A stretch of 64,000 nt of DNA. It comes from Raillietiella orientalis. Lineage: Eukaryota. Where the stretch lies: contig JAYWIR010000028.1 of the NCBI GenBank assembly GCA_036172245.1, forward strand, positions 1,302,001 through 1,366,000. Reading direction: 5' to 3'. The translations under genes and the position numbers were made by a program. Below are positions 50,951-64,000 of this stretch, one piece after another. The notes under the pieces are model-generated. The model ran no database searches. It was not told the DNA's origin and saw only the letters and a program-made list of their open reading frames with translations. Positions within the stretch are counted from its first letter, which is position 1, and each line of letters starts with the position of its first letter.

Positions 50951-53900
50951 ATCCCGCGCCGGCAGCTCGGCCCCGACTCGAGCCGGCTTGCTCGCTGCCG
51001 CCCTTGCCCGCTTCAGCATCTCCACCCACCGTCACCGCAGCTTTGCGCCTCTCGCGCACGCAGGCGCGAGCAACGCTTGCGCACGACCGCCGCCGTTCGA
51101 TGATCGCGGCGCAGGAAAACGCGTTCCCAGGGAACGATGTCGCTGCTCCTGTCGTGACCGATGGGGCGCGTCCTTAGCCGCCGACGGTTCGGAAGCGATC
51201 TGAAAACCAGACGACGACGACGTTCCGTCGGATGGGTGCCAGCCGGCGGTCTCTTCTCGGAGGAACAGGAGGCTTCCGCGGTGCCACAGCACTGGTGGGG
51301 TCGCGTGGGAGAGAGGGGAAGTAGCGATTTTGAATTGCGAGGCGAGGAACCGCGGAAGGAGGCAGACGCGTCGCAGGCAGACGAGTTGCCTGGACGACGA
51401 GTCTCGTGCCTTCCGAGAGACGCCGCGCAAGAACCGACGGCGCGCTCCTCCCGTGCAATTCCGCTTATCGGACAGACCGTGGAGGTCACCCGGTGACAGC
51501 CGCGGCGATTCCCGCAAGAGGGTTGTGGGGTCGAAGCTCTTTTTACGCTTCCTTCCTCATCCTCGTACGCTGCCCGCTGGCTACGTCCCCGATGCGGACA
51601 CTCGTCCCTTCACTGAATAGGATCGGGACACGGCAAGTCCCTTTGGCGGGAATGCACAGACGAACGCTGTCCGCAAGCGGATACGCGAAGGAGCGTCGAG
51701 CAACATCCCAGCCGGCACACCACGCTCTCGAGGCAGGAGAAAAGTAGGATGGAGGAGTAGGATGAAACTCTTCGAAGGCGTCCCAGGACGAGAGGACGTC
51801 GCCTTCGGACGGCTTCCTGTGCATCCTGGGATCCACCCATCCGCCCCCGGACAAGAAGCGCACTGAGCCTTCTGTGGGCGATACGGTGTCGAGCGCTGCC
51901 TTCGTTGCGGGTGAGGCGGAACAAAAAGGCGTCTGGGAGCAGCGGGCAGCACGCGACGGACTTGCTTTTCCGTTCCACTTGATGAGATCGCACCCGCAGG
52001 ATGTGCGCAGGGGCGAGGCATACCTCTTCGCTCCCGCGGAGCGTCCCGGCCTTTACCTGGCGGCCGCTTCCTCGGCGGGAGACCGGTCAGACGCGCGTGC
52101 TGCGGCGCTTGGCTCGGTTCTTCCCCCCCCCTCCGGTTGTCTCTGGGCGCTAAGGATGCGAGCGGGTTCTGCGCCAGGCGCGACGCACCTTCTCCAATTC
52201 TTTGGCACATGGCCGCGGGAAGCTCTCGCGTGTGACGCAGCACGCGCTCTCCACGTTGTTCCCAGTTTCGATGGGGAGACTTTCTGATGCGGCGCGTGCT
52301 GCAGGTGGAACGGGAGGCGGCCGTCGCGAGCCTCAACTCTTGATTGTCCCGCACGCGCCACCGGTTCCTGTCCGGCATGCACACGGTCATGCGGAGAAGC
52401 CTTCTGGATTGCGGTTGCCCTTTCTGTTTGCCTGGGGCACCTCGGGGGAAAGGAATGGGGCAGAACGGGGGCTGGTTCGGGAGCACGTCAGCGGGAAGAC
52501 GTGCTCCTCTTGCGGGTTGGGACGAGGGATGAGGATTGGCGCCTGCGGAAAAGGCAACGCGCGCGCCCGTTGCTGGGAAACCGAGGAGCGGAGAGAACAC
52601 GGAGGCCCCACGGCTTCTGCGGGGCGACCTCGAAGCAGGGCTCAGCGCGTCCCGCTCGCCACAGAGGCTTTGGCCAGGAGCAATCGGCTGCACGGCGGCG
52701 TCCCGAGAGGCAAAGCACAGGGCTTCACGGGAGGGTGGCTGTCTGCAGGCGAAAATCTACGCTTGGTTTCCGCCGTCTGCGAAGCTCCCGTTTCTTCACT
52801 GCTCGTCGGTCCTGCGTCCTGCGCTTCCCTTCAGAGCGCATCCGCGACGCCTCTCGACATCCGTCACTTCGAGACGGTGGCGGCAGCGACCACCGTCTCG
52901 AAGTCCAGCGGAGGCGGCGCTTCTGGGAGTGTGCGGATTTGTTGCTTGGATGCGTTTCTTCTTGGTGGGGTTCCGGGAAGCGAGCAAGAGTTGCGCGACT
53001 GCTCGTTCTTGTTGAGACGCTTGGGAAACGGAGTTCCCACGCCTGGCGGCGTAGCCCCAAGCGCAGCGTGCATGCACGGGAGACCTCAGGAGCATTTTCT
53101 CGCGCCCTCCGCGGAGTCCAGCAGCTAAAGGTCACGCGGGTTGGGCGTGTTCAGCAGCAGAAAAGAACGGAGCAAGCTTCTTCCTTCGCCCCACTGTTCC
53201 CTGTCGCCCAGCTCGGGGAGTACCTCCCGCGCTTGCGCTTTCTGCTCCCTGCGGGAGGTGGACAGCGCGCGCGCGTACCGTGAAGATAGGGGACGTGTCC
53301 GGCGGTGGCTTCCCTAGCCTGGCACGCTCCCGGTTCCGCGTCAGCTGCAAGCACTCAGCCAGCCAGGCGAGCAGGTCGGAAGGGGCCGTTGCCCTGTCGC
53401 CTGGCAGCGGCTTCTCCCGATTCCCCGAACGTTTTCGAGCGCGAAGCTGGAAAGTCTCCTGCCAGGTGGGAGTGATGCACCGCCCAAACCGTAGCCGGTG
53501 CGGCGGTTTCCGTCTGATTCACTTCTCGGGCTGTCCTTTCGGCGATGTACGCTGACCGTCGTCTGGACGCTGGCCGAGGCGCCGCACGCCAGCAGCCGCA
53601 ACGCCAGCCTTTCCCTTCAGGGCTACCTCTGCGCTTTTTCGTAGAGCAACGCTCGCTATAGACGACGACCAAGGTTCACACGAGACTACGGCGACTTGCG
53701 CGGGAGCGGGAGGAAACAGTCAGGGCTTCTTCGCGTCACCGCCCGCCTTGCCGAACCATCTCGGCACGAGTTGGGAGGTGGAAGGAGGGAGGACGGCGCA
53801 CCGCTCAAGTTCCGATCCGGTTTCACCTTGGTAGGGCTCACGGACTGAATATCCGCGTCCTCTCGCCGTCCCGAAGACGAGCGGATGACGATGGAGATGG

Positions 53901-55115
53901 CGTCCCTGTTCCGAAGAGGTGCTCTCCGATGGGCTGCGGTGGTTTCTTCGTCGCCGCAGAAAGGCGCTCTTCGTTGCGCTCGCGTGATGGTGCTCGTCGC
54001 GGCAGAGCCGTCGCGCGGTGCCTCGGGACACCTTTCTCGTCTGCCAAGTTCGCTACCCACGTTTCCCACCGCCTAGGAGCGGGTGATGTAACGCGCAGAC
54101 CGTGTTCAGGGAGCTAGTCCTTCGTCTAGACGGGGGACCTGGGTTGGAGGGGAAGAAAGTGGTCCCCCCTATTTCGAGTCGCTAATGGTGGTTCGGAGCT
54201 TGCGCAGCCGCCCTCCATCTCCTTCCCTTCCGACGGCTGATTCCGGCATCTTCTGCGCGTTCGTTTCAACGACGCTGCTTTCCAAGGTGGGCAGGTGTCC
54301 GTACTCTCGAAGAGAAGGAAGCTATCCCGCTCTTCGCAGATAGGTGAGGTTTGCCTAGCGGGAACGTTGGTGCTCGAGGTGATCGTCCGGGCCTGAGATA
54401 CACCTTGTTCTCCCGGGGCGCGATCGCCTGCCGGGGGCGAGTCAGCGGTCCGATGGACGCCGGGCGCCACACTTTTGCGCGAGGCAGCTTCAGCTCCAGG
54501 GTTGGCTTCTTTCGGGACGAGGGGACACGTGGCAAATGCAGGTACGTACCCGGACGGAAGGCGCCTCCACACGGCAGCGGACGGAAGCGGAGGGACCGCT
54601 GCTTCTGCGTTCGCTGGCACGGGGTGCGACGACAATCCCAGGGGACTGCTTCAGGGCGTGTTTCCTCCCGCCACAGCAGGGGGGAGCGTCTTCCAGCACG
54701 ACGCAGGGGAAGAGACAGCGGAGTTTCGGTACCCGTGGAAGAGTTCGGGGCAAAACGCGAACGGGATAAGCGTTGCGTCTTCCGGATTGGCGCGTATCCG
54801 CGCCAAGGCCGCTGTGGTCGAAGGGGGCAGGGCCGAGTGGCGAACGCCAGATGGTCGATTGGCGCTGCAGAAGGAGAATGGCTGTTTGCGGCCGGCCTCC
54901 CTTCGCACCGAGCAGTGGGCGCTATGGAGCGAAACCGCATGCCTCCTGCCTGCCGTATGTCCCATGCGGAAGCGCAGTCTGCTCGTGGTGAGCCGCGCGC
55001 CAGGCGAAATGGGACCGTCGGAGACGCCGGCGCCGGCTCAAGGCGTCTGCGTTCGCTGCGACCGTCTTCTTCACGGGAGGAGCCAGCGGTCGAGGGTCCG
55101 GCGTAACGCTTGTGG

Positions 55116-58100
55116 TGTTGGAGTGGAGAGCGGCGCACTTCGAAAGCGCGGACGCACTGCGCGGGCGCGCCGCCGCCAGGCTGCACGCCCGTTTTCACAC
55201 TGGCGGGCGCATGGGAACGGGAGACTCTCCTCCGGGTTACGGTCGCCGAATGCATCATCCTCGAGGAAGGCGTCGAAGGTGCACGGCGGTCGTGCCTGCA
55301 GCGGCTGCGTGCCGCTGCAGTGCTGCAGGCGCCACGCCCTGCCGGTGGACGCGCTGCCGCCGTTGCCTGGACGTGTTCCGCAGCGCCACCGTACTGGCGG
55401 CCGACGGTTTGCGCGGGTCGCCGTCGGCGGTCGCCAAAGTGGTGCGATGCTTTTCACGCGGGATCTGCAACGCGAGTCGGCTGCCTCACAATGGGCCGCC
55501 CCGATTTCGGGCGGGGACAGAAACACAATGGGCCGCCCGCAGGCTGTCAAAATATTGTCGAGGCGACCCTGGCGGGGGTCTCCCGGAACAATCGCGACAC
55601 CTCTCGCGCCGACTGCCCTGTGCTGCGTCCCCAACAACACAACTTCCCGCCTACTGGCGGACGGGTGCCTCTGGGGCTGCTCGAGCACCGTCCGGAGACG
55701 CGCGCTCTCGCCGGCGGCAGCGGTCATCCCAGCGCGCTTTCCCTCGCCCCGCTGGCCTGAAGCTGCCCCCGCCGGAAACGTGCGCGTTTCCTCCTAGGCC
55801 GGCGGGAGACCGGGAACGCGCTCTTCGGAGCCTGTTCCCGAGCGGCGGCAACCGACAATCCGTGCGCAAGCCTGGCAACGCAAAAGCCCGTCTTTCGCGC
55901 ACGCGCGTGCGCGCGAGAAGTGCACAAGTTTTACGCATGCGTTTGTCGGTTCCGTTTTCCGCATTTTCCGTTCCCAGGATACGCTGGGAACGGTCGTCGT
56001 CGACGCCGTTGCACTGCACTCATGCACTTATGGCCGCACGCACGCGCGTCCGAGTTGCGTGCCCTACCGTGGCGTTGCCTCCTCGGCCTGCACGTGCGCG
56101 CGTGACGGTGAGGCGGCGTTCCGAGGAAGCTCGCGGGCGCAGCACCGCTGCGCAGGCGCGTGCGGACTTGCCTGGAAGGGCAGCTTGGCGCGCGTGTTTG
56201 GCTTGGGCGAAGAGCGGCAAGCGCGCCGTTGCGCGCGTCGCAGCGCGTGCAGCCGTCGCTACGACGGGAAGACGCGTGCTTCCGGCGGGGGGTCCGAGGC
56301 GAGAGATCGCACACGTTCCCCTGGAAACCCTCTCGCGCTGCGCCTTTTGCCGACGGACAACTTGACGCTTGCGCTCGTGCGCTTGTGGCAGTCGCGACCA
56401 CGAGCCGCGAGTCGTCCGAGCAGGGGAACGGGCGAGTGAGCGTGCGAACAAACCGTGCGACTCCAGGAAGACCCACGCCTCTGTGGTGGACATCGTCATC
56501 CCTTTTTGGGACTACCCGTGGTTAGTTTGTGGGCTGCTTTTCGTGCGCAGGGGATAGGGTATCTCTTGTGCAGTGTCGGGAAGGGAAGGCGGAGAGGGGG
56601 GAAACTGAGCGGGGCGTGGCCCACCCGTTCTTTCTCCTTCGCCAGCTTATTCAGCGCATGTGGTTTTTCCAGGAACTCCCTCGTCCTGGGAAGCACGCGT
56701 CTCCCAAACCCGAAGCCGAGCGTGGGAGTGCCCCCTTTCCGAAGGCTCTTCCGAAGAAGTGTGCACGGTGAAGGGGAGCAGCGCACACGAGCGGCAGCGC
56801 GGGACTGCCGAACAGGAAAGGCGCCCCCGCTGGTAGCGAAGGATGCCCAGCGGCGATGTCTGCTCACGCGTTGTCGTGTTTCAAGCAGCGTGTGGGCATG
56901 CTCTTCTCGGATCCCCCGGGAAACCGGAGCGCGTCTACCGGGCGGGACGCGACTGCGCGACTCCTCGCAGCCGAAGGGGAGCCGCATCTCCTCTCTGTCT
57001 CGTAAGGGGGATCTTCCCCAGGGCGTGCAGTCGGGGAGCTCGCGGACACGCGAATTGTCGGGTCTCCACGCCGGTGGGGGTGTCGATCTACGGCAGTCGT
57101 AGTGACATCACGCTGCGCAGCTCCACCGTGGGCGTCGTTGCGCATCGAGCAAGTCGCCGTTAACCTTTGTCGCTGGCGTAGGGCCAAGCTGTGTGCCCGC
57201 CTTCCTCCCTGCCGGAGAGGTTCGTCCGCCTGCATTGGCGGACATTTCGGGCCCACGCAGGGGCCGCGTCCCGAATGTGCGCATTCTCAAGACGACGGGC
57301 CTTTCCGCGCAGGAAGGGCGAGGAGCGACGGCTGCCTCCCGCCATGTTGCCTGAGCGCGAGGAGCAATCAGGGGCATCTTGCCCCTTTCGCTTCGTTTTG
57401 GAGGGGCGCACGCACTTGAACGCGAAAGGAGAGGAGTGGGCGGGGAACGGACTGTTCGCCTTCCCCACGAGTAGGCGGACAGCGCGATAGGGAGGCCCTC
57501 GTGGCGGCAGCTTCGTCCACTTGCCGCGCTGGCGGCTTTCCATTCCCCATTCGGCCGTGCGTTGCGGTTGCAATCGCCGCCATACATGCTGGGGGCGACC
57601 CTTCTTAGGCGGACCCCTCCTTCTCCCACCCTCGCGCTCGCACTCGAAACGCGCTGCCTCATGGCGGAAGACCTCCTCAACGGATAGAGCCACCGCGCAA
57701 GCGTTCCCGCTGCACACCCGGATGGTGGTCGTGCGTTCCCTCCACGCGAGTGCCAGCGATTTGCGGTGTTTCGGAGGGCAGCTGTGTCGGTGGCGTTTGG
57801 GTCGTCGAAGGTTGCATCCACGTGCGGACTCATCCCGCGGGAAGGTATTTCTCCTGCGTGTGGACCGCGATGCGACTACAGTCGAAGGGCGCGTGCCCAC
57901 GAGCGAGTCAAGTGCCGTCCCATCTTCGGAAGGGTTGCGCCCGCTCATCCGTGAGGGAGCGCGCGGCCTTCGTGCGGCTCCTCCGCGTACGCTGCTGGCG
58001 TTGCGTGCGCATTCTGGAGGGGCGCTCGGTCACACGCGAGAAATCGCAACTCACGCGAATAAATGAGGCGCGCCGCACCGCGAGCGCGTCGGACTAGTGG

Positions 58101-58365
58101 AGGGCGATGGGGCGGCACGCACGAACGGGCAGCACCCCAAGTTTACGCCTGCCCACCGGGAACGCTGGCTGCCTTCCCGACCGCTGCTCCCGGTCCGGGA
58201 CGATGCGCGCGCCCTTTGATCCGTCTCGTCTTCCCACGTCTGCCTCTGGACGAGAGGGGGATGCCGCGGATGCTGGCGCAGAGAGGGCGGGAGGTGGTCG
58301 CTTTGCGCGGAAAGGCCACGGTCCACTTGCAACACCCTCTCGCTGGGCGGCGTTTGCGCGCTGAA
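55116..58365 (-). mobile_element. Right-arm copy of the CR1-like ORF2 relic (retains an extra 48 bp)
   Basis: Mirror of 24950-28150. Confidence 0.6.
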
Positions 58366-58614
58366 TGACGGAGCGACGGGAAGAGGAAAAGACGCGCGCC
58401 GAATGCGCGGACGAACGTCCCGCAAGGAACCGCTCCGCGCTCGTCTGTGGCGAAAGTGGGAAGACGGGCGACGAACACTTGCGCAAGGCGGCGAGGTGGG
58501 ACAGCGTCATCCATCGGATGCTGACGGCTCCGCGAGCGCACCTTTTTCTGGCGAAACGCAGGGTCGCCTTCTCCGTGAGGGGGATGGTGTGCAAGTGTCA
58601 CGGCACGCCGCTTT

Positions 58615-61415
58615 GCTCCCCTGGGAAGCCGCCTCAGGAGCGCACGACATCATCTCAAACCCCGTCAAAGTGGAGGATGTGCACGCAGGAGCGGGAATGG
58701 AGCTGAAGGGAAAGTGTTTCTTCCAGCCGGTGGGCCGTGGAGCCGGGCAAGTGTGCGGGCGCCGTTCGTTCGTGTAAGGGACGTCGACGGCGTGACGCTC
58801 CGTTCACCGAGCTGCAGTCGTCTCGGAGCAGGCGGGATTGTCCTACAAACACGCAGCGGTCTTCCTGGATGGCACCCTCGGATGCTATAGGGCGCACGCT
58901 TGTCGAATGTACGCCAGCTGGTGGAGAGCATGGTACAGGGCAACGGGGTGGAAAGCGCCTGCAGCCGCCATCGCCCCGCGGGCACGAGGGAAAGAGTGTG
59001 CAGTCCTCTAGCGGCGCGCCATGTGTGCTGGGCATGCGCGCCGGCATAGCCTCGACAGCAGCGACGTCGCGAGGAGTGGATCGCCCGCAGAGATGCCATC
59101 CGAATCTGTCGAGAATGAGGAGGGAGGGGGTGCCGTTCACTGCCTGTCGTCCTCCCTCTTTCGCCCTTGGCGTTCCCTTTCTTCCCGCAGCGTTCGGTTT
59201 CTTGCGGGACAGTCCTATTGCACGGGCTTGCAGGCTCACCGATCCTCCGGCGCTCTCACGCCTTCCCTGGCGCGTCCCGGTAACCGTCCGCGAGATGCGA
59301 GTGTCCACGCGCGTTTCTACCGACGGCCGCCTCTGCGTCCCCACGTGGTCTCTGCACTCATCAGCATGCGCGGACCGGTTGCGAAGGAGGCTCGACGCCT
59401 GCACGTGAGAATCGACGTGCAAATGCTCGCTCGCTTCCTTGCTTTCGATTCCCTCTTCGGCGCCGGGGCTGTATTCGCCGTCACTGTTGGCGCCTTCCCC
59501 CGGAGGGTGCGGAAGAGGATTTCGGGATCTTCACGTACGTGTTTGTTCCTTCGGAATTTTCGGGAGGCGCTGCCAGCGAGCAGGTTCTTCGGATGGAGCA
59601 CCAGGTGAGTCTGCTTCGTCGACCAGGTGGTGCAAGGAGCTGCCACCAAGGGACCCTTCTCCCTCTTCTCCCGTTCGACGAAGTCCTCCTACCTCGCAGC
59701 TGGGCAGGTGCCACGCTGTTCCGAAACGGGGGACATCGCTGCCTCAGGGAGCCACTTTTTCATTTCTTCCACCGTCCTTTCGACGTTGATGCGGCCCGAT
59801 TTCCTCGGTTGGCCGCCGGCGACGATTTTCGTGGGGTCCTCGGTGACTTGCATTCTGGTGTTCACTGTCTGCAGCCGCCAGGTGTTGGAGTTGACCGGCA
59901 GGCACCAGGAGGTCCACGGACCGTGTCGTCTCGCGAAAGTCACGCACCGAAGTGGGGATGCAAACGTGCATGAGTGTTCGTGGGTCAAGCGGCTGCGCGA
60001 AAGCATAGTTGCCAGCACTTCGCCGGCGGCCACGAGGCCGAGCAGCCCAAGTCTTGGGACGCACCCATGCGTTCCCCACTGCTTGGGAGCGAAGTTCTTC
60101 GGTCCTTCCTGAAGATCGTCATCGGTAGAGTCCGCAAGAGCGGAGGCCTCCCTCGAGGCGACCAGTGGGGTGGCTGGTGACGCCAGGGAACCGAGCGCCG
60201 AGCCAGCCGCACGCGTGCGACCGTGCACCCAGCCACTGCGAACTCTTCTGCATTGCAACCGCTCTCCTTGTACCTTCCGTTGTCGTCCATGGGTGACGAC
60301 GATGCTCGTGGTGTCTGTGGGAGATAAGTAAGAGGGAATGCACTCCAAGGAGTCGCCCACCAGCAGCACCGCGGCAGCGGAGGAAGCGGAGGAGACGAGC
60401 TACCGCGACGGCCGAGGTGGAGAGCACGGGGGACGCGTGGAAACATCGGGAGCATTGGGCCAACCCGTCCGCAGAGCGAGTTCGGAGCGAAGGCGGGAGC
60501 AGGAGGAAGCGAGGGATGGCTCATTTCCTCGGCTGCGTTCTCGGTAACGGTTCAGGTACAGAGGGAGAGGCTGGCTCCACCCTCTCGACTCCCGAAAGGC
60601 GTTGACATCTGGTTGTGCGTTCTTAGTACCTTGGGAGAGCAACAGGACGCGCGGCAGCCGAGAGACGACAGGAGAGGTGACTTTCGTCGAAAAGGAAGGC
60701 ACGATTTCGAAGAGCGTCCGTTCTGGAGAAACTCTAAAGCCTCCCCCCACTCCAGTCTCGACGATCAGGAGTAGTCAAATTGTGGACCGATGACCAGCCG
60801 TAAACTCCTTGCCCTTTTCCTGCCTGGGATTCCTCGCCGATTCAAGCTTGAAGAGGGAATCTACAGGAAGGATGACGAAGGATGCAAGGCGTGCTGGTTC
60901 CGAGATCGCCCTCGCTCACAGCCGCCAGCACGCGGGTGCGACACGGGAGTTGGGGTGTCCGAACGCGTCTTCCGTCTTTCGTCTCCGGCAAGGACGCCCG
61001 AGGTGGAATTCTCCGAAAGATCATCCGACGTCCGAAAGCCGCCGTCACGCGTTTTTCCCGATCCTTGAGTGTTTGCTTCCCAGCGTCCATCGAGCACCAG
61101 AGGGTGCTCTTTTTTCAGGTGCGGCGACCGCCGGAAGACGACGGCCTTGCATGGAACGCGGGAAGTCCACCTCCGCGCCGCTGGTTTGGATGCCGCTTTA
61201 GGCGAACGCCCGGAGGCTGGATCGGACAGGCGGATCTGCAGGAATAGTTGCCGCGTTTCCAGGAAGCCGGGAATATTGATTGAGGGCGTACGATCGCCGA
61301 GGTCGCGAGTGGCTCCTGCCAAGGTGACGGCGACTCCCGAGTCGACCCGTCTGGTGAGGATCGTGCCCGCGAGAGCGACCGGAGGATGCGACTTTTCGAG
61401 GATGCCATACCGCAC
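58615..61415 (-). mobile_element. Right-arm copy of the Gypsy pol relic
   Basis: Mirror of 21900-24700 (ORFs 60861-61550, 60400-60750, 59689-60369 and 58655-59422). Confidence 0.68.
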
Positions 61416-64000
61416 GAGGACTGTAGGCGGAGCACGGAAGAAGGGGTGCGCGCGTTGGGTGCCGACCCCCGGCGCAGCGCATGCGTCCTTCAGTCTTTCG
61501 CCGCGGAAGGGCTTCCTGCGGACAGGCGTCGAGGACGCCGCGCTCGGCATGGGCAGGCACGCGGAGGGCGCGCCAACGGCCGTTGCGGTAACGGCGTGCC
61601 CGCTCGTCGGAGGGAGTGGTTGGCCCGCGCGACCGAGGACGCGTCGGAGACACTCCGGAAGGGCCGTCTGCGTTTGCGCGGATCTTCCGTTCGCTGGAAG
61701 GGGTGGTCTCAGACGGCGCCAGCTGGAGGAGCAGCGCGCTGTCTGATGGCGCTCGCGACTGCCGTGACGCAGACGGAGCTCGCTTGGTTGCGGACGCCGA
61801 GCGGCGGCGGTTGTGCTCCTCCGTGCGGAGGAAGGGTTGGCAGGGGAGGCGGCGCGACCTTTGAGGCCGTGCTTGTCCGAAGTCCGGGCCGGAGGCCGAG
61901 GTGGTCGCCGCTCGCGGTGACCTTGCGGGTCCTTGCAGGCGGGCGAGGATTCTGCCGAGTCAGGCAGGCAGCGGCGCCCCCGCTAACGAGTGCAGATAAT
62001 GAGCGGACGTGCGGTGCTCGTCAGATAGCTCTGGAGCAGCGGTTTGTCTGCGCTGACAGCCGGACCACTCTTGTCGGGCGATGCGCCTGACAAGCGCGCC
62101 GATCGCGGTCGGCGACGCCCATTGTTTGGCGGGCGAAGAGAAGCGCAGCGGAGGTCGCACTCCCACGGCCACTGGAAGCGGTCGGCTGGCGGCGGCCTGC
62201 GCCTGCGCGAGCGTTCGCGAAGTGCACCGGCGCGCTCTTGAGTGCAAGCAACTGCTCCCGAGAGCTCCCGGCGAGCGGGAGGAAGGGGGACGCGTGCGCC
62301 CTTTCCTCCCGTGCGTGCGCACGTTCGCTTGCCGCCTTCCCGTCAGCTTCTGTACGCCGGGTGCGCTCCTCGAAGCGCGGCTGCACACGCAGACTTGGTC
62401 GAAAACGCCCGTTGCTGCGTGTCATCCCGCTGGCTGGATTGGCGCGCCGAACCTTTCTCCCGGGGTGCGATCCGCGTGCGTTTTCGACGCTTTCAGAGAA
62501 AAAACGGCGCCCTGGGCGCTCGATGGAGAGAGAAGTAGAGCCAGGGGGAGACCAGGAGCTCTCGCTGAACTCCGCAGCCTGGCGCCTGGCGCCGCCGTCT
62601 TCGATGCTGGCCGCGGGCGTTTCTTGCGGGCACGCGGCGCCTTTTCGAGCGCCGCGCATCCTCGTCCGCCAGCGGTTGGAGCGGGGCGCTGGCAGGTCGG
62701 TCGCCCCTCCTTCCGCGCGCGAGCGATTGGACTGCGCGCAGAGCACCGCCTTTGTGCGAGTCGACGGTCGTCCCCCGGCGCCGACCTCGAATTGGGCAAC
62801 AAAGGCACGGGGCCAGACAATGGGCACCTACGCCCGTCGCGTCTAGTTGTGCGGCGTGTATCTGCGAGCTCATCTCGGAGGGATGAATGGAGGGACGACG
62901 GGAGAGGGGAGGGGGGAATCGGGGAAGCGTCAGGACAATGAACGGATGGGACGGGACCGTCCTGGAGAGGCTCGGGAACGCTGCTCCTGGTCTTCGGTCT
63001 CTCCTCTTCTGCTGGGCGAGCGGGCGGGAATGCGGAGGCGCGCTTATCTTCGTCCCGTCGGCTGTTTTCGTGGTGGTGGTGGTGCTTCCGGCCGCCTCCG
63101 TTCTCCTGCTCGTTCGACTCCAGCAGCGCCGTGGGGCGCCGCTCGCCTGCCCGTCTTCTCCGTGCGCACGCGCCCGTCACGGAGGCGTCTGCACAGATTG
63201 CGCCCATCCAGTCGTCTCCTTTTTCTCGCGTGCTCGCCTCGCTTCCCTCTTGCGCATGGGCCGATCTCGGTCGGCCTGCCTCGACCCGAGTGCAGGCTCG
63301 GAAGTGGCGCCTCTTTCGCTTGGCGCGTGCGACCTGCGCGGGCGAGGTGTTCCGCGGACAGCCGCGTAAGGCAGGGGAGCTGCAGCAGGACCTCCGCGCC
63401 CGGGACGCGACGGCGCCCTCGGAGGCGCGTTTCCGAGGCGAACAATTGGGTCGGCAGGTACTCCGCGGGTCTGAGGGGCAGGGGACGTTTGTCTGTCGGG
63501 AAGGGACGGGGACGATCAAGGCTGCGGAGGGTTTACGATGCGCTTCACGTCGGGAATGCCATCTGGGATGCCCGCGGGTACAGGGTGACCACCATGTGAG
63601 CACCCAGAAGGGCTTCGTTCTTTCTTTCCGGGTGGTGCGAGGGCCAGTCGGCGTAGGTGTTGGTCCGTTTGCATGCGGACCGGCCGCGGTCTCGCTGTTC
63701 GGTGACCTCAGCTCCCAAAAAGAAGGTCGCGTTTATGGCCACGGCCGCGTGTGGTTGCGCCCCCGCAGGCTGTTTGCGCGCGCACCCCGCGGCGTTGTGC
63801 CACTGCTTCCACGCTGGTGCTCGAGATACTCCTGGTGCTGCTCCTCTCTCCGGGGGCGTCGAGTGGCGCCAGGGGCGGCGCGGAGTGCTGGTCGCGTTCT
63901 CCCTTGCAGGGATTGGAGAATGGGTGCGCGAGAGGTCGGCCCTCTTGTCATTTCGTGATCCGACCCCTGCGCCCTCCTGCCTCCCGGCCAGGTATTACCG

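Larger units (their letters stand above)
46005..64000. repeat. Right arm of the giant inverted repeat (at least 17,996 bp, continues beyond the window)
   Basis: Reverse complement of 19315-37264, with roughly 35-40 substitutions seen by eye and 4 indels, including an extra 48 bp at 55163-55210. Confidence 0.98.

Noticed and set aside
1..64000. CRISPR arrays, tRNA/rRNA genes, hammerhead ribozymes, prokaryotic operons
   Set aside because: No repeat-spacer array, cloverleaf or rRNA signature was seen. The CTGATGA words I checked lack the flanking stems and GAAA core.

Overview
Eukaryotic DNA, probably from an invertebrate: poly-A/T runs, a GT splice donor, retroelement debris and no operon structure. 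The only credible host gene is the first coding exon of a Vsx/Chx10-like paired-class homeobox gene on the minus strand (16599-16992); its homeobox exons were not found in the window. The dominant structure is a giant inverted repeat. The left arm (at least 19315-37264) and right arm (46005-64000, running off the window) flank an 8,740-bp spacer and are about 99.8% identical by manual comparison. The arms are very GC/CpG-rich (70-80% in sampled interior lines versus about 40% in the spacer), ramp gradually at their edges, lack long poly-A/T runs and are full of long Arg/Ala/Pro/Gly ORFs. Read by eye against remembered consensus motifs, those ORFs resolve into heavily substituted but largely in-frame relics of CR1/L2-like LINEs and one Ty3/Gypsy pol. 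One LINE crosses the arm/spacer boundary on both sides: diverged and AT-rich in the spacer, near-identical and GC-shifted in the arms. My best interpretation (inference) is an old palindrome kept homogeneous by arm-to-arm gene conversion with very strong GC-biased substitution. All protein-family calls are manual motif matches; no database or HMM search was run.
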